A stretch of DNA of 64,000 nt, taken from Eimeria praecox. Taxonomy: Eukaryota. The notes beneath the pieces are model-generated. The model did no database searches and had not been told where the DNA came from. It saw nothing but the letters and a program-made list of their open reading frames with translations. Both the position numbers and the translations under genes were made by a program. Location of the stretch: assembly GCA_963920595.1 (NCBI GenBank), contig OY986946.1, positions 1 to 64,000 of the forward strand. The letters run 5' to 3'. Shown piece after piece: positions 51,968 through 64,000 of this stretch (positions are counted from its first letter, which is position 1; the number at the start of each line of letters is the position of its first letter).

Positions 51968-52362
51968 TGTAGCGCCGCGTCTCTTCAGGCTACATAATCT
52001 ACCTCTGGTGCTGGCGTCGCAAACTAGAACCAGGTCAATTCATGCTCCTACTTTGAATAATTAGAGTTTCTAAAAAGAAAACATAAAAGGCCGTTAAACT
52101 ACTTTTTTATATTCTAAATTATTCTAACGTTTTACAGTGTCCCCACATCGAGCACCGCAGTGCTCGTGCAGGGCGGGGGGGATGGCTGCGCCGCTGCGGG
52201 AGCGGCTGCCAGCCCCAGGTCCCCCAGCTAGCTAGCCCCCCGCCGGTTGACTGCTTCGAGTCAACTAGCAAACCTTAATTGACCTTTCGTTTTCTCCTCA
52301 CTAAATTCTTTCTTGCCGAATTAGGAGCTTAAATCCGGGGTATTGTAGTGCCAGGCACTACA
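51968..52362 (-). repeat. 5' LTR (395 bp)
   Basis: Direct repeat of 45336-45730, flanked by the PBS and the TSD. Confidence 0.97.
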
Positions 52363-53879
52363 GTAATGCCTAGGCCCGAACCCTAATGCCTATGTGCACA
52401 TCGTTAAGGGCGGTAGTTGTAGAATGCTTGCTGCAAAAATTTGGCTAGCATAAGAGTATGGCTGACAAAGCGGTTCCGCTGTTAAGACTTTGCCCACACT
52501 GAACAGTATTGGGGGCAAAATGCAGTGGAGCGTTGTAGTCGACTGCAAGCTTGAAACACGCGCTCAGGCGTGCAGGTATTCTGCATGTAGTTCTTGAATC
52601 CTCTATTTGAAAGATTTTGCTTGGTAAGAAGCTCTCCCTCATATACAATAAAATAAAACAAGCCGCCAGTAAGGTGCACGTACTCACTGATGAGTAAATC
52701 AACAAAGCTTTGGGGTAAACCGGGCGACATGCAGCTGTCGCATTCCTCTGAGCCGCTATAGTGTCTGCTATCCAAGCATTTGCTTCACCTAGGGCAGAGA
52801 GAGTAGACAAGCTGCGTAAAAAGTAAAATAAAGTTGCTGCCGTATATCGTTTGCCTCCGTTGATCGGCTGGAAGCTATACTACACAATGCTCAGGCACGT
52901 TACAACTTCGCTTCGCGGGCGGAAGCCAGTAGGCGGGTCCGAACCTCCATTGCGCTCAAAACGAAAAGGCTACCACGCAGCAAGCAAACACCTATCCTTA
53001 GAAACGGACAACATTGAGTGCGTTAAGTAAAAGCACTACTGTCACCTCAGGTGTGTAGGGTAGAGCGAACACACCATATGGCGCTGGTATCGATAGCAAG
53101 AACAGGCGACACGCTTGCACACCAAAGGAGGAATCAGAAGGACGCTCTCCTTAACATTCGTGAAATGCATTTAAAACTGCTAAAATAAGCTCTCAGACTT
53201 CGTTTCAATAGCGCATCATTTATACGTCATCCTTATTTAATCATGGCGCGTACAAAATATCTTTGCTGGGAAGGTGTTGTCTCTAATCCTGCATGGTGTC
53301 CCGAGATTGGGGCAGGCAGCAAGCCTCTCTGAGCAAATTACTTGTGAACCGCGCTCTACACATTGCTACGCAACCTTTCGGAAGCTCTGTCGGAGAAGTG
53401 CTATGCTCGAGGGAGTTCAGGCTGCCTCAATAGTATATCTTCATTCATCTCAGCAGATGCCCCGTCGCAGCCAATGCGAACCAAACTCTTGCTTATAGAT
53501 GCCCTTTCCTTTCCTAGTTCAATTTCCTGTATGGTATGCTCAAAGGGAATGCAAGCGAAGCCATCTGAGCTCCCCAAAAGAATAATGGAAAATAATATAA
53601 AAGTTGTCATGCGCAGCTATCATGCAGCTGGATATTCAAACCCGGTGTCAAATGGCAAGACAATCTGGGTATTGAGCCTTTTGCAGGCAGGCCGTACCAA
53701 TCCGCACATGCATATAGGGCAAAACAGCAAGGCCAGTGACACAAAACACCCTACATTAATGTTCCTTGTATCTCGCTGGGCAGGCCCTTCAGAGGGCTAA
53801 GCAGGTAGGGTGCTCGTTCGCGATTTACGCTGTTTACGCTGAAGGCCAAGAAAGCATTCGCGTGCATGGGGAGGCATGT

Positions 53880-56800
53880 GCAGACCTGCCACCCATCTCC
53901 TGTGAATTGCCACCGTTACTGCTCCACAGCACACAGCCTTATTGCGTCCAGGGGAAATGCATGTTCCCATGCTCAACGGCTACAATTGGACCTTACCCCG
54001 CTCCTCCTCCCCCGCCCCCCCAATGTGAAAGCAGCTCGAACTCCCGATGCGTACAGGCAGGTCAGAACATGCGGGGCAAATTACCTTCTGTTAAACACGA
54101 GAACTACTGCCACGCACCTCTTGGCGTGGACATACATGTTGCAGCTTGTGCAAAACAGTGTTCCGACAAACGGTTCTAATGCTGGCGTATGTCTTACAAT
54201 AGAAAAAGGCATATCAAATCACCAGCCTGCAGGGATGCAGCACAGCAGAGACCATACGCACCTCCTGTGAAACGCCACAGCTACTGCTGCACTCCGTAGG
54301 CGTAGTTTGTTGCGCTCTGTGCAGATTTCCCTTCTGATGCTCAGTGGGTCCAGCTCGCCCATCTCCTCCAGGATACGAGCATAGCTCAAACTGACGGTGA
54401 GCCTCAGCAGGTCAGGGCAGGCTAAGCAACTCACTTCCTGTGAAATACCGCTTCTTCCACCACGCTCCACACACTCTGAAGAATTTCTTTGCTAACGTCC
54501 GTTCCATTACCCACTGACATCATCTCGCCCCTCTCCCCCGGGACGGGAATGCTGATCAAGCTGATGAGGAGCGTAGAGAGGCCAGAGGCCGCTACTCAAC
54601 TCACTTCCTGTGAAGAACAGTTTCGTTCGCCGTCGGTGCGAACTTCAAACGCTATTAGCTCACCCTACTGCAAACGACAAATGTCCTCGCCGGTGCTTAC
54701 CGGTTCCGGTGCTGGCCTAGGCTTCACAATGAGAAGGCAGCTCAAAGCGCATGCGTGCCTTAGCAGACATCGTACGCACCAATAGTAAAATATTGCCTCC
54801 ACTGCCACGCATAATACACCATATACGCACCTTGCGGACCACTACAAGAATATCCTTTTGCGTACACAACGGAAGCAATAAAAACTGATGCTGAAGAATG
54901 CACACGCAGCTAAAAGCTCCACCGCTTTAATTGCCACAGGCCATGCATCATGAACAGTCGTTGATTGTCCACTCTCTCGGCAAATACTCATTACCATACC
55001 GAGCGCGATTAAGGCTGGCTTCCGCTGCAGAATACGAATGCTGGTCAAACTCCTGATGTGGTAGATAACCAACAGGGGGCATCGTACGCACTTCCTGTGA
55101 AGCACCATACTTACTGCAACTCAGCATAGGCAGTGAGCAGGCCCTGTTGCACTGCCTCCCAATCTCCGTTCGTATATTCAGCAACAATGATGCTGGCATC
55201 CAATGCATAATGAAGTGCAGCTCAAACTACGGTTATGTATACGCCTGCAGCAGGGCCACCGCACGCACCTCCTGTAAAATATCGCAGCTACTGCTACACA
55301 CATTCGCCATGGAGCGTGACTGGCTGTTTTCTGCGCTGAGATCGGTTGATTTACCCAGTGGTTCCGGCCACCACTTTCCCCAAGAATAGTAACGTTACTC
55401 AAGCTGGCATTGACCATAGGCCAGTGCAGGCCGCGCAACGCACTTCCTGGGAAACGACATTTCTGCCGCCACGCATGTGCCCAGTTCTCGCCTCTCTCCC
55501 AGAATGCGCACGTTATTCTAACTGGCGGTGAACGTAGACAAGCAGCGGTTTCCCGCTATTCTCACATCCTGTGAAACATCATAACTACTGCCACACACCA
55601 TATGCCATGAGATTACGGTGTTAATATCTGTGCACGTACCCGCTCCAGTACTCACCGGGATCAATACCTGCCTATGCTTCACAATGAACATGCGCGCAAA
55701 GCCCGCTGCTGCATCTACGGCAGTCCACCAAGCACAATGAAAGCGTTCGAGGCTCTCGCTGCAACTATCCAGTTGCCCGCTAACCGAAAACGGTTTTAAT
55801 ATTGCCTCAGAATGCGTACAGAGCTCGTACTGCCGGCGTGAATAAGAAGTTCACAACAGGCCACTATACGCACTTCCTGCGAGACACGATGTCCACTGCT
55901 ACACCCGAAACGCCGTGAGCGCTGGTTGGTTCGGTGTGAATCTTCGTTCCACTGGTGATGGTGTCAATACCCGCCTCTGCTCTAGAGTGTACAATTAGGT
56001 AAACCCTCCATCACATTTGCAGCCCCCCAGCATACAAAATGACCGGACCTGATGCTTACACTGCGAAGATCGATTTGCGTGGCAGGCGGGATCAGCGCTG
56101 ATCTCTGCTGCATATTGCGGATGTAGCTTATTCTGCCGGTGTGTATTTACAGGTCGCAACACCCCACTAAACGCACATCCTGGGAAACACCACATTTACT
56201 GGCACAAGCCATAGGGCGCGTACGCACATCGTTGCTCTGTGTGCAAACACCCGGCCCGATGCTTAACGGCGCCAATACTCTCCTCTGCCCCAGAATAAAG
56301 ACCCAGCTAAAATATTCTCCACATCTGCTTCAGGACACCGTAAGCTGTGAGCACGTCAGTGATGCCCTCTATGCAAATAGGCGCTGCTATGCCCAGCGGT
56401 ATCAGCGCTAACTGCACTATAATGGAACACAGATCCAACCAGCAATGTGCACACATGTAAAGCAAAGGACACCGTATGCACCACATGTAAAACACCACAC
56501 GTACCGTCACACATTAACGGCGATGAGCACAGCCTGCCGCGAGTTGTGCAAATGTCTGTCTTCACGCTCAGCGGGAGCATTCTTGATATCTCCTACAGTA
56601 TAACAACGTAGCTCAACCTACGCCCCTCCACGCACCTCCTGTGAAGTATCACATCTACTGTCACACAGCATACACCGTAAACGAGCCATGTTGCTCTTTT
56701 ACTGAAATGGCCGTTCTCATCCTCAACGCGGTCCATATCCGCCTCTGCTCTAGAATGGACGCGCAGCTCAGCCCCCCACCACAGCAACTGCCACCACACA

Positions 56801-59300
56801 CAATGAAGGCCATTTGCTCTCTCGCTCTCTATGCATGCATCCGCTTTTATGGTTAATCGGGCCACCGCGGATAGCTGCTCCAGAACGCCAATGTAGCTCA
56901 AGCTGCCGATGTGTATAGAGACCCAAGAGAGTCCATCGTACCGGCCTCCTGTAAAGCACCACATTTATTGCCATACATCTCACCCCGTGAGCTTACCCTG
57001 CTGCGCTCTGTCCGAATGCGCGTTCGCATACCCAGTGGGATCAAGCCTGACATCTGTTCCCACATGTACACACACAGCCCAGATCGACCAATGCTGCGTA
57101 CCTCTGTGAGACACCCCAACCACTGCCATGCCCAGCAGGTTGTTAACGCACCTTGGACTGGTCCCTACAAATATAGGTTTCCATTCTCAACGATTTTTAT
57201 ACCCCCTTATCCCCCAACATGGTTACACAGCTGCAAGTGCCGACGTGTATTGGCATGCTAGAACAAGACACACAAATCAGTTATTGGGATACGCCACGGG
57301 TACAGCCACGCACCACAAAGCGTAAACGCAGTCTGATTGGTATCTCTGCGAATATCTGTTTTAATGCTCGACAGGTCCAATTCTGGGCTGTGCTTCCAAG
57401 CAAAAGTGTAGCTCCAGCCACAGGTGTGCCACAACAGACAGCACACTCACCAACTGAGAAGTACCACGCCTAATGGCATGTTTTACCCACCGTAAGTTCA
57501 GTTGGCTGTTCTACCTACAAATGGCGTCTCCCTTGATCAACGGCTCCAATGCTGGCCTAAGCTCCAAAATAAAAGAGTACCTCATACCTCAGGTTTGCCA
57601 AAGTAGACACCGTACGTACCACCTGTGCAACAACACCCTCACAGTCACGCATCATGCGCTCTGAATACACCCTGTTGAGTTCTCTGTGAATATTTGTTAC
57701 GATTCCTAACGGGTAAAATGTTTAGCAAAGATCCCGAATGGAAATATAGTTCAATGCGGAGGTGCAAAACCGTACGCACCACCTGTGAAACGCCGCTTTC
57801 CCCACCCAGCTTTGCACACCGTGAACTCCCTTCGTGGATGCCTGTGCAGGTTTCTTGTATTATTAATATGTCCAAGGCGGATCCATGCTCCACAGTGAGA
57901 ATGCATCTCGAAAAGGACGTGAGCCCCAGCCGACACTGCACGCACCACCTGTAAACCACCGCAAATACTGCCACGCATAACTCGCCCTGAACACACTTCG
58001 CTGGTATGTCTGCAAAGCGCTTCCATGCTCAACATGCCCAAGACGGGTCCATCTTCCACAGTGAGAAAGCAGCTCGTAAAAGAGGTGGGCCACAGCAAAC
58101 ACCGTACGCACCACCTGTTAAACGCCACATATACTGCCACGCATAACTCACCCGTTGTTCTCGGCATGTGCCTTCTTCCATGCTTAGCGGGCCCTATCCA
58201 TATCTGGACTCTACCGTGAGAAAGCAGTTCAAACCTCATGCATGTCACAACAGATCCCGTACGCACAACCTGTAAAACAACTCGCATATTGCCGAATATC
58301 GTACACCGTACACGCACCCTGTTAGGGTCTATGCATACCCAACTGAATCAGTACCCGCGTATGCCTCAGAGTATAAACGTAGCTAAAGCATCCAGCATAT
58401 TAAATGCCACCCACACAACACAAATTTGAGGGCCTTGGGCTGTGCATATTAAGCTCCATCAACGCTGACGTTTGCTGCCTAATAGGGCGTAACGCAAATT
58501 CGCGGTGCGCGTAGATGAGCAACAAGGGTCACCGTACGCACCTTCTGTCAAACAGTGCATCTACTGCCAAACATCGCACGCCATGAACTAACTCTCTTAC
58601 ATGCCCTGAAAATGCTCGTTCTCACGCTCAGTTGGAACAACGCTGACTCCTTGAGAGTGTGACCGTAAAGGAAACAACGCCACTCACCTCCTGTGAAGCA
58701 ACACCCTTCCCCCCCGCCTCACGCATCCTAAATGCACCATCTTGCCTCTCAGCGGATTTGCGTCGCTGGTTTAAACGGAATCAAAGCCCGCACCTGGTGC
58801 AGGACGCAAAGGCAGCGCACGCAGCAGCCTCAGAGGCAAGCAACAGGGACCGCCGGACGCACCGTCTGTGAAGCGCCACATGCACTACACAGCTTATGCC
58901 ATTCGGAAGCACATTGTCGCCCTCTGTGTGAATATACTCTCTCATGCGTCTCGGGTCCAACGATGGCTCCGCGCCAGCATGTGGACGTAGCTTAAATTAC
59001 AGGCGTGTACAGGCAGGCAGCAGCAGAGCAAGCTTCGGACCTTCTGCGGGAAGCAACCCAATGCACGCACGCCTACCGCTAACGTGGCTTGTTGCTGCCT
59101 CCCCAAGTTTCCACTCCCATTAGCAAACGATGGTCCAAAATGCCCGTGCAGCTCAAACTAGCGATGTGCGCCGGCGGGCCACAGGGACTGCCATTCGCAC
59201 TTTCTGTGGAACGCCGCATCCACCGCCACGGAACACAGGTGCTCAACACACTCGTATATTTTCTATGGAGACGTCCACCGACATACGCATTGAATCTCTG
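53880..59300 (+). repeat. Old degenerate tandem array, ~150-180-bp period, core CCGTACGCACCTCCTGTGAAACRCCACAT.TACTGCCAC
   Basis: Core variants at ~54251, 54428, 54598, 54768, 55081, 55258, 55432, 55865, 56168, 56471, 56628, 56934, 57610, 57769, 57935, 58101, 58257, 58531, 58680, 58852 and 59192. Confidence 0.85.
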
Positions 59301-60277
59301 CTTAGCGCTTTACCACCGTTGCCAGCTGCTTGCAATCACACGCCTGCACGTAGCCCGCAGGAAATCATGAGCGAATCCGAGGACAGGCAGCCATACAAGC
59401 CCCTGGGCATCCAGTAGTGGCTAGACGCCATGCAGAAACTCCTCCATACTGTAGGAACATACACTGGTGATTTCCCAAAGACAAGGAATCTTAGTAAGAA
59501 CATAGGCTAAAAGCCAGGGGCGGGCTCTTGCACTTCCTATAGCTCTGCATCCTGAGGCAGAGTATGCCCAAACGCGTAGCAGCCATTACCGTATTCAAGA
59601 TGTGTTGGTACGCTTGTTCCAAACCGCCGTAGCATAGCCACAAGCAATTCTGCCAAAAGGTAAGCTTTTGAAGCCATAGACAGGGGCGAAGATTCGGGCA
59701 AGGCGGATGCAGGACTGCAGCCTACGTCGATGTCTTGCTTCTACTGCAGCTACGTAAAGAAGCCAGCAGAACGAGCGCTTGTAAATGGAGACACTTGGTA
59801 GCTAAACATCTAGTCTACACGAAACACGTTCAGTCCGACTGGCCTGCCTCCTAAAATCTGACTGAGAATGCCAGTGCACGGGGAAGCACTTGTTCCCATC
59901 AATCCCTGCGCAGCAGGAGGCCACAACCACTAATTTGCAATCTACCTCAAAGATATTTAGATGAAGATGCATACGCCATAAAGCCGAATGCTGTCTAAAC
60001 GGCAGGAGGGCACCAGCGATTCGCCAACCCGCGAAAGGCTGAATGGGATTGTCACGTGTTTCGAAGTTCCTTTTAGCTCGTGGCTGTAATGCAAAAAGAT
60101 GCAGAGGCAGTCGCAGTGGTGCATGCAAACAAGCACTCCACCAACTGCGACACGTAATCGTCTTCACTCAATCCAGTTGCAAACGCTACACTAAACGAAA
60201 TGATCATGCAGTAGGTGCCCGATCGCCGTGCAGCAGCTACTTATTTGCGAATGATCCACACACTGTCAAACCTCCTT

Positions 60278-63200
60278 CACACGCTGCATTCCCGCAACCC
60301 TAAAAGCTTATTACGTTCATACTTGCTGGGCAAACCAACGCGTCAACGCAGTGCTAGGGAAGGCTTTGCCACACCGCCACACCACACGCGCAAATACACT
60401 CCGCAGCCCTCGACATTCTCACGCATCCAGGTTCTCCGCCTCGCCGCCAAATACTCCGTCTTCCCACATCGGCAAACATACCTGATTTCAACCAGGGAAT
60501 GCAAACCAAAGCCAAACTCAATATGCACTGCATAACGACTCAGCTGGATGCGTCAGGCTCTCTTGTACAATCGCCACTCTTCGAAAGAGCAAGACAAAGC
60601 GAGAGTGCCAAAGCGTTCGGGACATATCACATAATCGTCAACCAACGGCCTGCTACCGCGTTGGCTCCCGCTACTAGGCTGGAGCGTTATCATCGCCTTC
60701 CTGTGGCACACAGCGCGCGGGCACCTAGAGCGGCGGCACATGCATGAGCTGCGCCTACTTGGAACACAAACCCACATCCCACGCCCAAACGACACGCACC
60801 AGAAAGTACAAAAGAAAGACACATTTAGAGCACGAAAAGGCTTCTGCCTCCTCTCACAATGCAACTCTACAAATCTGCATGCATTCACACATACTCCCAT
60901 GCCTATCACCAGAGCAACGATTGTCACAACGCCACCAAGAAACACAGTTTGCTTCAGGCGCTTCACACGCGCTACAAGCTCTTCGAGCTGCGCCACACGC
61001 CGCATTCCCGCAACCCTAAAAGCTTATTACGTTCATACTTGCTGGGCAAACCAACGCATCAACGCAATTCCAGGGAAGGCTCTGGCACACCGCCACACCA
61101 CACGCGCAAATACACTCCGCAGCCCTCGACATTCTCACGCATCCAGGTTCTCCGCCTCGCCGCCAAATACTCCGTCTTCCCACATCGGCAAACATACCTG
61201 ATTTCAACCAGGGAATGCAAACCAAAGCCACACTCAATATGCACTGCAGAACGACTCAGCTGGATGCGTCAGGCGTTCTTGTACAATCGCCTCTCTTCGA
61301 AAGAGCAAGACAAAGCGAGAGTGCCAAAGCGTTCGGGACATATCACATACACGTCAACCAACGGCCTGCTACCGCGTTGGCTCCCGCTACTAGGCTGGAG
61401 TGTTATCATCGCCTTCCTGTGGCACACAGCGCGCGGGCACCTAGAGCGGCGGCACATGCATGAGCTGCGCCTACTTGGAAAACAAACCCACATCCCACGC
61501 CCAAACGACACGCCCGAGAAAGTACAAAAGAAAGACACATTTAGTGCACGAAAGGGCTTCTGCCTCCCCTCACAATGCAACTCTACAAATCTGCATGCAT
61601 TCACACATACTCCCATGCCTATCACCAGAGCAACGATTGTCACAACGCCACCAAGAAACACAGTTTGCTTCAGGCGCTTCACACGCGCTACAAGCTCTTC
61701 GAGCTGCGCCACACGCCGCATTCCCGCAACCCTAAAAGCTTATTACGTTCATACTTGCTGGGCAAACCAACGCGTCAACGCAGTGCTAGGGAAGGCTTTG
61801 CCACACCGCCACACCACACGCGCAAATACACTCCGCAGCCCTCGGCATTCTCACGCATCCAGGTTCTCCGCCTCGCCGCCAAATACTCCGTCTTCCCACA
61901 TCGGCAAACATACCTGATTTCAACCAGGGAATGCAAACCAAAGCCACACTCAATATGCACTGCATAACGACTCAGCTGGATGCGTCAGGCGTTCTTGTAC
62001 AATCGCCTCTCTTCGAAAGAGCAAGACAAAGCGAGAGTGCCAAAGCGTTCGGGACATATCACATAATCGTCAACCAACGGCCTGCTACCGCGTTGGCTCC
62101 CGCTACTAGGCTGGAGTGTTATCATCGCCTTCCTGTGGCACACAGCGCGCGGGCACCTAGAGCGGCGGCACATGCATGAGCTGCGCCTACTTGGAACACA
62201 AACCCACATCCCACGCCCAAACGACACGCACCAGAAAGTACAAAAGAAAGACACATTTAGAGCACGAAAAGGCTTCTGCCTCCTCTCACAATGCAACTCT
62301 ACAAATCTGCATGCATTCACACATACTCCCATGCCTATCACCAGAGCAACGATTGTCACAACGCCACCAAGAAACACAGTTTGCTTCAGGCGCTTCACAC
62401 GCGCTACAAGCTCTTCGAGCTGCGCCACACGCCGCATTCCCGCAACCCTAAAAGCTTATTACGTTCATACTTGCTGGGCAAAGCAACGCGTCAACGCAAT
62501 TCCAGGGAAGGCTCTGCCACACCGCCACACCACACGCGCAAATACACTCCGCAGCCCTCGGCATTCTCACGCATCCAGGTTCTCCGCCTCGCCGCCAAAT
62601 ACTCCGTCTTCCCACATCGGCAAACATACCTGATTTCAACCAGGGAATGCAAACCAAAGCCAAACTCAATATGCACTGCATAACGACTCAGCTGGATGCG
62701 TCAGGCGCTCTTGTACAATCGCCACTCTTCGAAAGAGCAAGACAAAGCGAGAGTGCCAAAGCGTTCGGGACATATCACATAATCGTCAACCAACGGCCTG
62801 CTACCGCGTTGGCTCCCGCTACTAGGCTGGAGTGTTATCATCGCCTTCCTGTGGCACACAGCGCGCGGGCACCTAGAGCGGCGGCACATGCATGAGCTGC
62901 GCCTACTTGGAACACAAACCCACATCCCACGCCCAAACGACACGCACCAGAAAGTACAAAAGAAAGACACATTTAGTGCACGAAAAGGCTTCTGCCTCCT
63001 CTCACAATGCAACTCTACAAATCTGCATGCATTCACACATACTCCCATGCCTATCACCAGAGCAACGATTGTCACAACGCCACCAAGAAACACAGTTTGC
63101 TTCAGGCGCTTCACACGCGCTACAAGCTCTTCGAGCTGCGCCACACGCCGCATTCCCGCAACCCTAAAAGCTTATTACGTTCATACTTGCTGGGCAAACC

Positions 63201-64000
63201 AACGCGTCAACGCAGTGCTAGGGAAGGCTTTGCCACACCGCCACACCACACGCGCAAATACACTCCGCAGCCCTCGACATTCTCACGCATCCAGGTTCTC
63301 CGCCTCGCCGCCAAATACTCCGTCTTCCCACATCGGCAAACATACCTGATTTCAACCAGGGAATGCAAACCAAAGCCAAACTCAATATGCACTGCATAAC
63401 GACTCAGCTGGATGCGTCAGGCGCTCTTGTACAATCGCCACTCTTCGAAAGAGCAAGACAAAGCGAGAGTGCCAAAGCGTTCGGGACATATCACATAATC
63501 GTCAACCAACGGCCTGCTACCGCGTTGGCTCCCGCTACTAGGCTGGAGTGTTATCATCGCCTTCCTGTGGCACACAGCGCGCGGGCACCTAGAGCGGCGG
63601 CACATGCATGAGCTGCGCCTACTTGGAACACAAACCCACATCCCATGCCCAAACGACACTCACCCGAAAGTACAAAAGAAAGACACATTTAGTGCACGAA
63701 AAGGCTTCTGCCTCCTCTCACAATGCAACTCTACAAATTTGCATGCATTCACACATACTCCCATGCCTATCACCAGAGCAACGATTGTCACAACGCCACC
63801 AAGAAACACAGTTTGCTTCAGGCGCTTCACACGCGCTACAAGCTCTTCGAGCTGCGCCACACGCCGCATTCCCGCAACCCTAAAAGCTTATTACGTTCAT
63901 ACTTGCTGGGCAAACCAACGCGTCAACGCAGTGCTAGGGAAGGCTTTGCCACACCGCCACACCACACGCGCAAATACACTCCGCAGCCCTCGACATTCTC
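60278..64000 (+). repeat. 716-bp subtelomeric tandem repeat, at least 5.2 near-identical copies, continuing past the window end
   Basis: Equivalent ORF boundaries at 60553, 61269, 61985, 62701 and 63417 give a 716-bp spacing; each unit has AACCCTAAA and TGCATGCA. Confidence 0.97.

Larger units (their letters stand above)
45336..52362 (-). mobile_element. Near-intact Ty3/Gypsy chromovirus LTR retrotransposon (7027 bp)
   Basis: Two 395-bp direct LTRs with TG...CA ends, 5-bp TSD GTAAT (45331-45335 and 52363-52367), PBS, PPT, and domain order gag-PR-RT-RH-IN-chromodomain. Confidence 0.98.

Noticed and set aside
52095..52115. TATAAAA on the element strand inside the LTR as a TATA box or poly(A) signal
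   Set aside because: AT-rich context; the role cannot be assigned without transcript ends.
53880..59300. CRISPR-like repeat-spacer appearance
   Set aside because: Eukaryotic context, degenerate repeats, spacers over 100 bp that are mutually related, and no cas genes.
60553..63869. Repeated 150-aa ORF with a hydrophobic stretch, resembling a membrane protein array
   Set aside because: It follows from satellite repetition, is broken by a stop in the fifth unit and has no homology support.

Overview
Eukaryotic chromosome end with no convincing host gene. It opens with about 7.3 kb of perfect (CCCTAAA)n telomere, graded 19-bp and 17-bp variant arrays, and a repeat-rich subtelomere. The subtelomere holds a 3x159-bp repeat, a ~6.2-kb direct duplication (offset ~14.2 kb), a ~1.17-kb tandem duplication, ATCT/GATA microsatellites, an old ~150-180-bp satellite with a conserved core, and a young 716-bp satellite running off the window end. 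A cluster of Ty3/Gypsy chromovirus-type LTR retrotransposon sequences lies at 33.8-52.4 kb. It includes a nearly intact minus-strand element (45336-52362; 395-bp LTRs with one visible mismatch, GTAAT TSD, gag, pol, chromodomain), a decayed plus-strand relative, two tail-to-tail LTRs and an integrase relic. The element shows a tRNA-Pro-like PBS, a -1 frameshift site with a hairpin that is also seen in the decayed copy, and a 19-bp palindrome at the LTR start shared across diverged LTRs. TTTAGGG telomeres, TGCATGCA motifs and chromoviruses together suggest a coccidian such as Eimeria (inference only). All comparisons were made by eye.
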